NCBI GenBank assembly: GCA_963822945.1
Contig: CAWGJO010000020.1
Coordinates: 160,001-224,000, forward strand
Direction: 5' to 3'
DNA length: 64,000 nt
DNA from: an uncultured Gemmatimonadaceae bacterium
Lineage (GTDB): Bacteria; Gemmatimonadota; Gemmatimonadetes; Gemmatimonadales; Gemmatimonadaceae
Of this stretch, positions 44,949-55,161 are shown in pieces. The first letter of the stretch is position 1. Every line of letters starts with the position of its first letter. The position numbers and the translations under genes are program-made. A model generated the notes under the pieces. That model was not told the origin of the DNA. It ran no database searches and saw nothing but the letters and a program-made list of their open reading frames with translations.

Positions 44949-45712
44949 CGCGCCGCCTCGGCCATGATGTGCGCGTCGGCTTCGAGCGACGGGCGCCCTT
45001 CGATGAACTGGCGGACGATCGGGTCCTCACTGTGCCTGATCTCGTCCACGGTGCCGCACTGGCGCACCTTGCCCTCGTAGAGCATCGCGATGCGCGTCCC
45101 GACGGTGTAGGCGCTCCGCATGTCGTGCGTGATCACGACGCCGGTGACGCCCAGCCGCTCGCGGAGACGCACCATGAGCTGGTCGATCACCGCGCTCGTG
45201 ACGGGATCGAGCCCGGTGGTCGGTTCGTCGTACAGGATGTACTTGGGACGGGTGGCGATGGCGCGGGCAATGCCGACGCGCTTGCGCATGCCGCCGGAGA
45301 GTTCCGCCGGGAACTTCTCGGGCACGTCGGCCAGATCCACCAGATCCAGCGCCTCGTGCACGCGCTCGGCGATCTCCTGGTCGGTGAGTTCGCCCTGCTT
45401 GCGCAGGCCCATGGCGACGTTGTCGGCGACGTTGAACGAGTCGAAGAGCGCCGCGAACTGGAAGACGTAGCCCACCCGGGCGCGGAGCTTGTACAACTCC
45501 TTTCGCGAGAGCTTCGGGACCTCGAGGCCGTCCACCCACACCTCACCCGAATCCGGCTCCAGCAAACCGACGATGTGCTTGATGGCCACCGACTTGCCGC
45601 TGCCCGAATAGCCGATGATGACGACGGTCTCGCCTTCGGGAACGTCGAGGGTGAACCCGTCGAGGACGGTCTTCTGCCCGAAGGACTTGTGGACGTCGAT
45701 GAGGCGAATCAT
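44945..45712 (-). CDS. MlaF/Mkl-family ABC ATPase
   Basis: GYSGSGKS, VFQFAALFDS, LSGGMRKRVG, YDEPTTGLDP. Confidence 0.88.
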   Translation of the reverse strand: MIRLIDVHKSFGQKTVLDGFTLDVPEGETVVIIGYSGSGKSVAIKHIVGLLEPDSGEVWVDGLEVPKLSRKELYKLRARVGYVFQFAALFDSFNVADNVAMGLRKQGELTDQEIAERVHEALDLVDLADVPEKFPAELSGGMRKRVGIARAIATRPKYILYDEPTTGLDPVTSAVIDQLMVRLRERLGVTGVVITHDMRSAYTVGTRIAMLYEGKVRQCGTVDEIRHSEDPIVRQFIEGRPSLEADAHIMAEAAR

Positions 45713-45788
45713 GAGCCGGGAAGGAGGCGGGGGAAAGAAATGTGATCAATCAGCCGAATTACTGCAAACTACGAACGGAAGACCAGCG

Positions 45789-45868
45789 CAACGGAGAAAC
45801 GGCGCAGGGCCGAAACCACGCAGGACCGAGACGACGCAGGGCCGAAACCACGCAGGGCCGAAGGGGCG
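45789..45868 (-). repeat. Five degenerate 16-bp units, same family as 4891-5065
   Basis: Minus-strand units include cgtggtttcggccctg, cgtcgtctcggtcctg, cgccgtttctccgttg. Confidence 0.85.
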
Positions 45869-45871
45869 GGG

Positions 45872-45904
45872 AAACGGAAAGGGCCGGCTTGCGCCGGCCC
45901 TTTC
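45872..45904 (-). terminator. Intrinsic terminator after the sigma factor gene
   Basis: gaaagggccggc ttgc gccggccctttc. Confidence 0.75.
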
Positions 45905-45922
45905 GGAAACTGCGGATATGTG

Positions 45923-45985
45923 ACTGCCAACTGCGAACTGACAACTGCGAACTGACAACTGCGAACTGCCAACTGCGAATTGCCG
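45923..45985. repeat. Nine heptamers ACTG(CG/AC/CC)A with 14-bp higher-order period
   Basis: actgcca actgcga actgaca actgcga actgaca actgcga actgcca actgcga attgccg, abutting the sigma factor stop codon. Confidence 0.9.
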
Positions 45986-46873
45986 TCAGGCCGCGAAGCT
46001 GCCCAGCGCGCGCCCGACATCGCCTTCGCGCAGGCGCTTGAGCGCGCGATCGCGAAGCTGGCGGACGCGCTCGCGGGTGACGCCGAGCATGGAGCCGATC
46101 TCTTCGAGCGTATGCTCGCGGCCGCCTTCCAGGCCGAAGTAGAGACGCAGCACCTTGGCGTCGCGCGGCGGGAGCGTGCTGAGCGCCTGTTCGATCTCGT
46201 CGGTGAGGAAGCGGTTCATCGCTTCCTCCTCGGTGTCGGGCATCTCGTCGGCGACGAAGCGCTCGATCAGCGAGCGGTCGCCTTCGGGATCCATGGGCGC
46301 GTCGAGGCGCACGTCGCTGGTGTTGAGCGCGGCGAGCGACTGCACGACGTCCACCGAGAGACCCGTGAGGTGCGAGAGTTCTTCGGGGCTCGGCTCGCGG
46401 TTGAGCTTCTGCCGGAGGATTTCGGAGGCCTTGATGATTCTCGAAAGGTCCGCCGTACGGTTGAGCGGCACGCGGACCGTGCGGCCCTGGCGCGCCAGCG
46501 CCGACAGGATGGCCTGCCGGATCCACCAGACGGCGTACGAGATGAACTTGACGCCCTGATCGGGATCGAACTTCCGGGCCGCGGTGAGCAATCCGACGTT
46601 CCCCTCACCGATCAGGTCGATGAGCGGGAGCCCACGGTTCTGGTACTTCTTGGCCACGGAAATCACGAAGCGCAGGTTGCGCTTCACGAGTTCCTGCAGC
46701 GCATCCTGGTCACCCGCGCGGATCTTCCGCGCCAGCTCGATCTCCTCCATGCCCTTGAGCAGGGGATACGTGCTGACCTCGTAGAGGTACTGGTCCAGGA
46801 TGTCGCGCTCGGGCTCGTTGGGCGCGATGCCGGCCGGTGCGGTACGCCGGCGGCGGCGCTTGACTTCGGTCAT
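45986..46873 (-). CDS. Sigma70-family sigma factor, RpoD-like but lacking region 1.1
   Basis: LDQYLYEV (1.2), NLRFVISVAKKY, DLIGEGNVGL, KFISYAVWWIRQ, TLEEIG..LGVTRERVRQ. Confidence 0.93.
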   Translation of the reverse strand: MTEVKRRRRRTAPAGIAPNEPERDILDQYLYEVSTYPLLKGMEEIELARKIRAGDQDALQELVKRNLRFVISVAKKYQNRGLPLIDLIGEGNVGLLTAARKFDPDQGVKFISYAVWWIRQAILSALARQGRTVRVPLNRTADLSRIIKASEILRQKLNREPSPEELSHLTGLSVDVVQSLAALNTSDVRLDAPMDPEGDRSLIERFVADEMPDTEEEAMNRFLTDEIEQALSTLPPRDAKVLRLYFGLEGGREHTLEEIGSMLGVTRERVRQLRDRALKRLREGDVGRALGSFAA

Positions 46874-47051
46874 GTAATGCCTCGAACGGACTGCGTGTTG
46901 AATGATCTATGCGTTGCGACGCCATGCGTCGCGAAGCTGGACTGCCGGAGCGTGCGCGGCGGTCGACGCACGAAATCCCATCTGCCATCTATAGAGACAA
47001 TGGGAGGCGACAAAAAATACCGCTTTGACGGGGAATCGCCAGTCCCCTTCG

Positions 47052-47080
47052 TTGACACCCATTATACGCCTGGATATACT
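47052..47080 (+). promoter_or_regulatory. Housekeeping sigma70 promoter for the tRNA cluster
   Basis: TTGACA-N17-TATACT. Confidence 0.85.
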
Positions 47081-47090
47081 TCGCGGTTCC
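47065..47090 (-). promoter_or_regulatory. ECF-sigma-type promoter GGAAC-N17-CGTA upstream of the sigma factor gene
   Basis: Minus strand GGAAC cgcgaagtatatccagg CGTATA. Confidence 0.65.
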
Positions 47091-47121
47091 TGACAACCCG
47101 CATTCTTTGCGGGATGTCCCC

Positions 47122-47194
<73 letters not shown>

Positions 47195-47262
47195 TCGGCA
47201 CCGGGTCACCGGCGCTGACGGCCGGGCCGAAGGACAGCATCCACAACACGACCCGGAGACGC

Positions 47263-47335
47263 GCGGGAATAGCTCAGTTGGTAGAGCACAACCTTGCCAA
47301 GGTTGGGGTCGCGGGTTCGAGTCCCGTTTCCCGCT
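47263..47335 (+). tRNA. tRNA-Gly(GCC)
   Basis: caacc-ttGCCaa-ggttg; acceptor gcgggaa/ttcccgc. Confidence 0.96.
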
Positions 47336-47396
47336 CTCTGTTTTCGACACATGTGATGAACCGCTGAGCGGGCCGAGAAGTTCCCGAGAGCGGTGC

Positions 47397-47470
47397 GGGC
47401 GGTTAGCTCAGTTGGTTAGAGCGCCACGTTGACATCGTGGAGGTCACAAGTTCGAGTCTTGTACCGCCCA
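47397..47470 (+). tRNA. tRNA-Val(GAC)
   Basis: ccacg-ttGACat-cgtgg; acceptor gggcggt/accgccc. Confidence 0.96.
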
Positions 47471-47471
47471 T

Positions 47472-47505
47472 GCCCCATGCGTCCGATGAGGAGCATGGGG
47501 TTTTT
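47472..47505 (+). terminator. Intrinsic terminator after tRNA-Val
   Basis: gccccatgc...gcatggggt followed by a T-tract. Confidence 0.7.
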
Positions 47506-47662
47506 CGTCGCCGCGACGTGCCACCGGATGTGGAAGGTGCGCCTCATTGCCTCAGTAATAGACACCTTCACGCGCCACCCCGTTGCCCCACCTGTCGCGC
47601 ACGGATATTTTTGACTGCTACGCCGCTCGGGCGTAGGTAATTGCAGGACAAGCAACTGCGTT

Positions 47663-47736
47663 GCGCCCGTAGCTCAATTGGATAGAGCATCTGACTACGG
47701 ATCAGAAGGTTGGGGGTTCGAGTCCCTCCGGGCGCG
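47663..47736 (+). tRNA. tRNA-Arg(ACG)
   Basis: tctga-ctACGga-tcaga; acceptor gcgcccg/cgggcgc. Confidence 0.96.
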
Positions 47737-47767
47737 TAACGCGGGTGCACCGGTACCAGACAGTCGA

Positions 47768-47841
47768 CGGGGCGTAGCTTAGCCCGGTAGAGCGCCTGCT
47801 TCGGGAGCAGGAGGTCGCTGGTTCGAATCCAGTCGCCCCGA
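47768..47841 (+). tRNA. tRNA-Pro(CGG)
   Basis: cctgc-ttCGGga-gcagg; acceptor cggggcg/cgccccg. Confidence 0.96.
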
Positions 47842-47845
47842 CTGA

Positions 47846-47880
47846 ACAAAGCCCCTGCATCGCGGGGGCTTTGTCTGTTT
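47846..47880 (+). terminator. Intrinsic terminator after tRNA-Pro
   Basis: acaaagcccctgc atc gcgggggctttgt ctgttt. Confidence 0.75.
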
Positions 47881-47988
47881 CGGGTCTCGCACGATCCGCC
47901 GCAATGGGCGACCTTCTCCCCGGCCGCACCTGTGCCCCCGCCGCTCACCATCCGTCTCAAACAACGGCAAGACCGCAAGGTTCGCTTC

Positions 47989-50859
47989 GTGCTCTTCCGG
48001 CCACTCGCCCCACTCCTCCTGCTCCTCGCCGCGGCACCCACCGTCCGGGCCTCCACCGCGACCATCCGGACGGAGCCGTCGATCTCCAACGGGGCCATCC
48101 GCGCCGAATTCGGGTCGCGCGGCCTCACTCGCTTCCTGGATCTGACGGGGCACGACACTCGTGCCTTTGCCTACGATGATTTCCGGGTCACGATCGACGG
48201 GCGCACCTACGACAGCCGCACGCTCGATGCGCCGGCGCGACAGGCAACGGCCGACAGCGTGTGGTACGTGTGGGCCGCCGGGCCCTACCGGATCCGCGCC
48301 ACCTACGAACTGCGCCCCGGCTGGCGGTTCATCAGCAAGCGCCTCGCCGTCACGAGCGCCGGCTCCGGCTTTCACGTGGACAGCGTGTGCGTGTGGCGGG
48401 ACAGCCTCAGCCGCGCGCCAACGGATGTGTACGTCGTCAGGTCGACGCACGAACGTCTGGGCCCCGCGGACTATGCCGCCGCCCTTCGCTTCGCCGGCAG
48501 CCGCGGCCTCCTGGCCGTCGTCCAGAATCCGTTCCTTCATGTGTCCGCCGCCGGCGGCGCATTCGCCGTTTCGTACGCACCCGACATGGACTGGCGCTCC
48601 AGCTACGGCCCCTTCGAGAGTGACCGCGGGCTGCTCGCCACCTACCGCCTCACCGGACGCCGGCTGCCCGACCGCATGCGGCCGGAGTGGGCGCTGGACA
48701 GCGTGGCCGTGGAGCCTGGACTCGACCTCGCCGAGCGCGACGCTTTCACGAAGATGGTCCGCGCCTTCCTGATCGATCCGCCCTCGAAGCCGATCAACGT
48801 GTTCGTGGGGTGGACGGCCAACGACTACCAGATCGACGTCGCCACGCCGGCGGGCCGCGCCGAGTACGAGCGGCTGCTGCATCGCGCGGCGCAGATGGGC
48901 GCCGAGTACGCGCTGTACGCGCCCTCGAATTCGGCAGTCTCGCGCCGCGATTCGAGCGTGGACGACTGGAGTTGGGAGCACGTGCTCTGGCTGGGCCTCG
49001 GCCAGCAGATCCGCAAGAACCAGTGGCACATCGCGTCCAGCCCGATCCCGCCCTCGGTGCAGGAGATGCTCGACTATGCGAAAACGCAGCACATCAAACT
49101 GCTCGCCTATGTGTACCCCGTGCTGCCCTTCACGCAGGATTCAGGGTGGCTCGTCACGTCGCACGGCAAGCAGTGGGCAAACCTGGGCATTCGCGCCTGG
49201 CAGGACTGGCTCATCAAGGCGCTGATCGCATTCCACGACCGCATGGGACTCGGCGGGTATTCCTTCGACCACACCTTCCTCACCTACCCCGGCGCGAGTG
49301 TCTACGCGCAGTGGTACGGGTGGCGGCGCGTCATGGAGACCATCAAGCGCGCGCGCCCCGATCTGGTGATCGACGGCCGGCAGGCCTATCAGGAGTACGG
49401 GCCGTGGAGCTGGCTCGCCGGCTCGTATCCCCATCCGACGTCCACCGACGAGCAGCCGGAGAGCTTCGCGCCCTTCCCCGACCTGCACTTCGACCGGGTG
49501 TCGGCCGACCGCGAGCGCTACACCGCCTACCGGTATCGCAACTACGAGTTCGCGCCGAGCGAGATCGTGCCCGGCTACATCACGCACCAGACCTCGCGCA
49601 GCGACGCCACGGGCGACATGCCGATGGTGCGCACCGACAGCGGTCCTCAATTGGTGAGCTTCCGCGCCCGCGACTGGGACTACCTCGGGTGGCGCTACTC
49701 GCTCCTGTCCTCGATCGCGGTTGCCGGATGGAACAACGTGATCGACATGATCCCGGCGCGCGACTCGGCGGAATATGCCGACTTCTCGCCGCGGGACGCC
49801 GGCTTCTTCCGCCACTGGCTCGACTGGACCGTGGCCCACCGCGAGCTGCTGCGACACACACGCACGATCATCGGGCAGCCAGCGATGGGTCGCGTGGACG
49901 GCACGGCGGCGATCATGAACGACAGCGGGTACGTCTTCCTGTTCAATCCCAATGCGCGGCGGATGAGCGCCGAATTCACGCTCGATTCCGCACTCGGACT
50001 GGCGGCAGGCCAGGGGCCGGCGCTCGAGCTGCGTGAGGTCTACCCGCGCGAGGGGATGCGCATCGCGAAGCCGGGCGTCGGGCTCTGGCACTATGGCGAC
50101 CGCGTGTCGCTGCCGATGGACGGCGCGTCGGCGGTGGTGCTTCAGGTGCGGCCGTTCGATGCGGCGATGGGCCAGACCGTGCTGTACGGTGCGCCGGGCG
50201 AGGCGTCGTCCAGCGCGTACGGGATCACGCTCCGCGACGTCACCGGGGAACCGGGCACCACCGCCCACCTGCTGGTCAAGCTGCCGGCGGGCGCCGTACC
50301 GGCGCCCGATTCGGCCACGGTGAACGGGGTCCCCGTGCCGGTGCACCGGGTCGCGCCGGATCGCGTCTCGCTCGACGTGACCTTCGCCGGCGCCGAATTC
50401 CGCCGGCTCCAGCCGGTGGGCGCGTACGACTCGACCTTTGCCGGCGGGGCCGTCCGCGGGTCGTTCACGATTCCGCCGCGGATCTTCGATCAGTTGAAGG
50501 CGCGGCAGCAGGCATGGCCCATCCCGTGGACCACCGAGGATTTCCAGACGACATGGCTCGCGCCGCAGCGCCTGCTGTTGTACGTGAACATCGCGCAGCC
50601 CGACGCGAGCTGGGAGGCGCGGATGACGATCGACGGCACGGTGGTCGCCCTGCACAAGGCGTACTCGTCGGTGCGACCGGTGCGCCGCGATTTCGTCGGC
50701 TTCTACGCCGACGTCTCGCTGCTCGCCCCGGGCGTGCCGCACACCGTGGAATTGCACCTGCCCGCCTTGCGACCGGGGCAGTTCCAGGGTCTTTTCTTCG
50801 AGAACGTCGAACCGCAATACACGGACGTCATCGTCCGCGATCACCAGGAGAATAGATGA
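47989..50859 (+). CDS. Large secreted hypothetical protein, glycoside-hydrolase-like (unassigned)
   Basis: Signal peptide (VRA-S); Trp/Tyr/Asp-rich core ([22 protein letters not shown]); ATGA-coupled to the GH27 gene. Confidence 0.7.
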   Translation: MLFRPLAPLLLLLAAAPTVRASTATIRTEPSISNGAIRAEFGSRGLTRFLDLTGHDTRAFAYDDFRVTIDGRTYDSRTLDAPARQATADSVWYVWAAGPYRIRATYELRPGWRFISKRLAVTSAGSGFHVDSVCVWRDSLSRAPTDVYVVRSTHERLGPADYAAALRFAGSRGLLAVVQNPFLHVSAAGGAFAVSYAPDMDWRSSYGPFESDRGLLATYRLTGRRLPDRMRPEWALDSVAVEPGLDLAERDAFTKMVRAFLIDPPSKPINVFVGWTANDYQIDVATPAGRAEYERLLHRAAQMGAEYALYAPSNSAVSRRDSSVDDWSWEHVLWLGLGQQIRKNQWHIASSPIPPSVQEMLDYAKTQHIKLLAYVYPVLPFTQDSGWLVTSHGKQWANLGIRAWQDWLIKALIAFHDRMGLGGYSFDHTFLTYPGASVYAQWYGWRRVMETIKRARPDLVIDGRQAYQEYGPWSWLAGSYPHPTSTDEQPESFAPFPDLHFDRVSADRERYTAYRYRNYEFAPSEIVPGYITHQTSRSDATGDMPMVRTDSGPQLVSFRARDWDYLGWRYSLLSSIAVAGWNNVIDMIPARDSAEYADFSPRDAGFFRHWLDWTVAHRELLRHTRTIIGQPAMGRVDGTAAIMNDSGYVFLFNPNARRMSAEFTLDSALGLAAGQGPALELREVYPREGMRIAKPGVGLWHYGDRVSLPMDGASAVVLQVRPFDAAMGQTVLYGAPGEASSSAYGITLRDVTGEPGTTAHLLVKLPAGAVPAPDSATVNGVPVPVHRVAPDRVSLDVTFAGAEFRRLQPVGAYDSTFAGGAVRGSFTIPPRIFDQLKARQQAWPIPWTTEDFQTTWLAPQRLLLYVNIAQPDASWEARMTIDGTVVALHKAYSSVRPVRRDFVGFYADVSLLAPGVPHTVELHLPALRPGQFQGLFFENVEPQYTDVIVRDHQENR

Positions 50860-52071
50860 ACAGCTTCGTCGCGCTCGTTTCCGGCCTCGCGCTCGCGGGG
50901 TCGGCTGCCGCCTGGAGCGGCGCCACGCCTGCCCCCACCTCCACGCCGGTCCGCCCCGTCTCCAACGGGCTCGCCCTCACCCCGCCCATGGGGTGGAACA
51001 GCTGGAACCGTTTCGGCTGCAACGTCAGCGACAGTCTGATCCGCGGAATGGCCGACGCCATCGTGGCCAGCGGGATGCGCGACGCGGGCTACCAGTACGT
51101 GACGATCGACGACTGCTGGCAGGTGGCGCGCGACGCGAACGGCACGATCGTCCCCGACTCGGCGCGATTCCCGCACGGGATGAAGGCGCTCGCCGACTAC
51201 GTGCACGCCAAGGGGCTCAAGTTCGGCATCTACACCGATGCCGGCCACTTCACCTGCCAGCACCGGCCCGGGTCGTACGGCCACGAGGCGCAGGATGCGA
51301 AGACGTACGCCGGGTGGGGCGTGGACTACGTGAAGGTGGACTGGTGCAACGCCGAGGGGATCAACGCGCCGGCGCAGTACGCCAAGATCAAGGAGGCGCT
51401 GCTGCATTCGGGTCGGCCGATCGTGTTCAGCATCTGCGAGTGGGGGAGCAACCGCCCCTGGGAGTGGGCGGACACGACGGGCAACCTGTGGCGGACGACG
51501 GGCGACATCTGGGACAGCTACCAGAGCATGGTCGCCAACGCCGATCTCAACATGCAGTACTGGCACGCGGCGGGCCCGGGCCACTGGAACGACCCCGACA
51601 TGCTCGAGGTGGGCAACGGTGGCATGACGCGCGACGAGTACCGCGCGCACTTCAGCCTGTGGGCCGATCATGGCAGCGCCCCTGATCGCCGGCAACGACG
51701 TGCGGGCGATGGTCGACACCACGTCGCGCGAAGCGCGGATGACGAGGAGCATCCTGCTCAACAAGGAAGTCATCGCGGTGGATCAGGACTCGCTGGGCGT
51801 GCAGGGCATGGTCGTGCAGGACTATCCGCCGGAGCTGCAGGTGTGGGCCAAGCCGCTGCAGGACGGTTCGGTGGCCGTGGTGCTGTTCAACCGCGCCTCC
51901 GTTCCCTCGCGGATCACCGCGAACTGGGGACGGATCGGGATCCGGACGCGCCGGGCCACGGTGCGCGACCTGTGGGCGCACAAGGACCTCGGCATGGTCG
52001 AGAACCGCTACACCGCCGACGTCCCGTCGCATGGGGTGGTGATGCTACGCGTGACGCCGGTCGGTCAGTAG
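50856..52071 (+). CDS. GH27 alpha-galactosidase, +1 frameshift near 51666 (probable assembly error)
   Basis: [40 protein letters not shown]; continues as [10 protein letters not shown] in the next frame. Confidence 0.9.
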
Positions 52072-52088
52072 GGTTTCCTGCAGCGCGG

Positions 52089-52120
52089 GGCCGGTCGTTC
52101 CCGGAGCGGGACGACCGGCC
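52089..52120. terminator. Hairpin between the convergent GH27 and galM genes
   Basis: ggccggtcgttcc / gggacgaccggcc. Confidence 0.6.
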
Positions 52121-52133
52121 TTCCCCGCCTCCG

Positions 52134-53327
52134 CTATTTCTCGGCGCCGAACTTGAACACCGTCTCCGAATGGAACTCCTGCCCCGGCCGGAGGACCACG
52201 CTCGGGAAGTTCGCGTGGTTGGGCGAATCGGGATAGTGCTGCGTCTCGAGCGTGAAGCCGTATCGAATCTTGTACACGCCGCCGATGCCGGCGAATGAGC
52301 CGTCCAGGAAGTTGCCGGTGTAGAACTGGATCCCGGGTTCGGTGGTGTACACGTCGAGCGTGCGCCCGGTGGTCGGTTCGACGACGCGCGCCGCGTGCAC
52401 GAGACCGGTGGAATCCTTGCGGTTGAGCACGAAGTTGTGGTCGTACCCCCCCGCGAACGCGAGCTGCTGATTGTCGTCGTGGATGTGGAGGCCGATGGCG
52501 GTCGGGGCGCGGAAGTCGAACGGCGTGCCGGCCACCGCCTCGATCTTGCCCGTGGGGATCATCGTCGAATCGATGGGCGTGATCGAATCGGCGTCGATGG
52601 TGACGATGTGCTTGAGCACGTCGCCGTTGCCGGCCCCCGCCAGATTGAAGTAGCTGTGGTTGGTGAGGTTGATGATCGTCGGCTTGTCGGTGGTCGCCGC
52701 GTAGCCGATGACCAGCTCGTTGCTGTTGTTGAGCGCGTAGGTCACCCGCACCTTGAGCGTGCCCGGATAGCCCTGATCGCCGTCGGGGCTCGTGTGCGTC
52801 AACAGCACACCGACACTCGTCGGATTGGTCAGCGCTTCGGCCTTCCACACCACTTTGTCGAAGCCCACGAGTCCGCCGTGCAGTGCGTTGACGCCGTTAT
52901 TGATGGCGAGGGTGTAGGTCTTGCCGTCGAGCGTGAATTTGCCCCGGGCGATCCGGTTGGCGAAGCGGCCGACGATGGCGCCGAAGTACGGGGAGTCCTT
53001 CACGTATTTGGCCAGCGTGTCGAAGCCGAGCACGACGTCGGCAAACTGCCCATTCCGGTCCGGGGTGCGGATGGACTGGATGATCCCGCCGTAGTCCAGC
53101 ACCCGCACCTCGACGCCATTGGCGTTGCTGAGCGTGAACACGTGCACGGAGTCGCCGTTGGCCAGCACGCCGAACGGCTCGCGCCGGATGCTCAGCGTGC
53201 GGTCGGATTCGGAGGTCTTGGACATGCATCCCGCCTGGAGAATGAGGGCGCCGACCAGCCCGAGCCAGAGCGCTCGGCCGGCCGGGCGTGGTGACGCAGC
53301 GATGCGGCCCGCGCGCGTTGCGATCAT
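52134..53327 (-). CDS. galM: Aldose 1-epimerase (mutarotase), lipoprotein-like
   Basis: [42 protein letters not shown] lipobox-like. Confidence 0.93.
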   Translation of the reverse strand: MIATRAGRIAASPRPAGRALWLGLVGALILQAGCMSKTSESDRTLSIRREPFGVLANGDSVHVFTLSNANGVEVRVLDYGGIIQSIRTPDRNGQFADVVLGFDTLAKYVKDSPYFGAIVGRFANRIARGKFTLDGKTYTLAINNGVNALHGGLVGFDKVVWKAEALTNPTSVGVLLTHTSPDGDQGYPGTLKVRVTYALNNSNELVIGYAATTDKPTIINLTNHSYFNLAGAGNGDVLKHIVTIDADSITPIDSTMIPTGKIEAVAGTPFDFRAPTAIGLHIHDDNQQLAFAGGYDHNFVLNRKDSTGLVHAARVVEPTTGRTLDVYTTEPGIQFYTGNFLDGSFAGIGGVYKIRYGFTLETQHYPDSPNHANFPSVVLRPGQEFHSETVFKFGAEK

Positions 53328-53337
53328 ACGTCGATCC

Positions 53338-55161
53338 TCAATTGATGCCCGCGCGCTGCCTGGCCGCGCGGATGATTGCGACCATGACGTCGCGGTTCTT
53401 CGAGAAAGTATCATCTACGATATTGAGCGTGGGAATCGCGTCGGGGGAGAGGGAGAGCGTCTTCGGATCGAACCGGCCGAAACCGGACTCGTGCACGCCG
53501 CTAGAGCCGCGACCGGGAGCGGGGTGGCTCAGGTGCTGGAAGAAGCGCGCGTAGCGGTGGATGTGCTCCTTGAAAAGGCCCCCGCCCCCGGACTGGTAGA
53601 GCGGGATGAACTGCAGCAGGCCGTCGTAGTGCATCTCGCCGCATGCGAGCAGGCTCGGATATCGCTGCCGGAGTTCGCCGACCATGCGCTGCATCCCGGC
53701 GTGCATGTCGCCCTTGGTGTTGTTGATCCAGCCGCCGGCGATGTCCAGGAAGTACGCGTCCACGCCGTAGCGCTCCACACAGTCGGCGATGCGCCCGGTG
53801 AGCCACCGCCGCCAGGAATCGACGCCGAGGTTCATGTAGCCGAGCCACCCTTCCTGATGCCGGTCGTTGTCCCAATCCACCCAGTTCAGGTCCACCTCGT
53901 CACCGTCGATCTTGTCGGTAACGGCGTCGGCGATCTGCGCGTACATCGGCTGTTTTCGGTTGGCCGCGTTGGCCCCGAACATGGGCATCATCCGGAATCC
54001 CATGGCCTGCGCCTCGTGGATCAGGGTGCGGAACCCGGCCTCGCCCCCCATGCGGTCCGAGGCCCGGTACAGCGGGTAGTCCCAGTAGTAGCGGCCGTCC
54101 CACGCCGACAGAAAGTTGAGCACCCGGTGCGGGTCGATCTGCGTCGCCACCCAGCGCAGAATCTCGAGCTGCCGGGCGTAGTCGTTGAAGATGTAGCCGG
54201 TGTAGTGCTGACCGTGCAGGGTGAGCACGAGCGCCGTATCGCGCAGCCACGCCGGCACGTCGGAACGCGAGTCGAACGGCTGCAGATGATGGGCGCGCTC
54301 CAGGTGCGCGTAGTGCGCGGCGATCACCGGGCCGGGATCCGCCGCGCGCCCCACGCGCCAGGTGGGCACCACGAGCCGGGTCTCGTTCCGCCACCCGTCC
54401 TCCTCGTGGATGGCCTCCACCCGGTAGCCATCGTCGCCGGGCTGGAAATAGAAGCGCTTGGTGCGTACCTGATCATCGAGCGACTGCAGGAAGAAGTATT
54501 CCTGGTCGCTCTTCCGAACAAACGCGAGCGGCGTGACGAGGCCGCCCGCGCCGCCGGGCCCGAACAGGTCGCCCCCGCTGAACGGATAACCGAACAGCAG
54601 TTCGTTGTCGCGCGGGTCGAAGAAGTCGTAGCCGGTGGAGATGTGCCCGCGCGGCACGCCGCGCACGATGGTGGACAGCGTCTTGATCGGCTGGCCCATG
54701 TCGGCGGTCACGTCCACGGTCACCGCGTCGCCGTCGCGGCGCAGCCGGGCGACGAGCGTACCCTCCGCCGGCTCCTGCCCGCCGGCCCACGTGAACCGGT
54801 GGCAGGTGAGCGTCAGCGCGTCGCCGGCCGATTCGGCCCTCATCGCCGCGGGGTCGAGCGCGTACGCATTCTCGCGCGTGAACACGATGAACCCGAAGCG
54901 GAGGCCGGCAAAGGGAACCGACGGCTCGGGAAAGTCGAAGCTGAACTTGTCGTAGCCGCGTCCGCGGGGCGGGATGTACACCTCGCTCGTGGACACCAGC
55001 GGCAGAATCGGCACCGGCGCGCCGCGGTCCGCCGGCGGCAGGATGGTCGGGTCCGCCGCGCCCGTGCCGGTGGCACCCAGTGCGGCGGCGGGCACCAGGC
55101 CCGACGCGCCGGCCGCCCCCAGCGCCTTCAACAGGTCGCGCCGTGAGATCGCGTCGCTCAT
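53338..55161 (-). CDS. Tat-exported hypothetical protein, glycoside-hydrolase-like (unassigned)
   Basis: SRRDLLK twin-arginine signal; AWDGRYYWDYP and DAYFLDI barrel-like motifs. Confidence 0.7.
   Translation of the reverse strand: MSDAISRRDLLKALGAAGASGLVPAAALGATGTGAADPTILPPADRGAPVPILPLVSTSEVYIPPRGRGYDKFSFDFPEPSVPFAGLRFGFIVFTRENAYALDPAAMRAESAGDALTLTCHRFTWAGGQEPAEGTLVARLRRDGDAVTVDVTADMGQPIKTLSTIVRGVPRGHISTGYDFFDPRDNELLFGYPFSGGDLFGPGGAGGLVTPLAFVRKSDQEYFFLQSLDDQVRTKRFYFQPGDDGYRVEAIHEEDGWRNETRLVVPTWRVGRAADPGPVIAAHYAHLERAHHLQPFDSRSDVPAWLRDTALVLTLHGQHYTGYIFNDYARQLEILRWVATQIDPHRVLNFLSAWDGRYYWDYPLYRASDRMGGEAGFRTLIHEAQAMGFRMMPMFGANAANRKQPMYAQIADAVTDKIDGDEVDLNWVDWDNDRHQEGWLGYMNLGVDSWRRWLTGRIADCVERYGVDAYFLDIAGGWINNTKGDMHAGMQRMVGELRQRYPSLLACGEMHYDGLLQFIPLYQSGGGGLFKEHIHRYARFFQHLSHPAPGRGSSGVHESGFGRFDPKTLSLSPDAIPTLNIVDDTFSKNRDVMVAIIRAARQRAGIN

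Noticed and set aside
47611..47641. Sigma70 promoter for tRNA-Arg/Pro (TTGACT...)
   Set aside because: The -35 is plausible but the -10 is ambiguous, so it was not called as a feature
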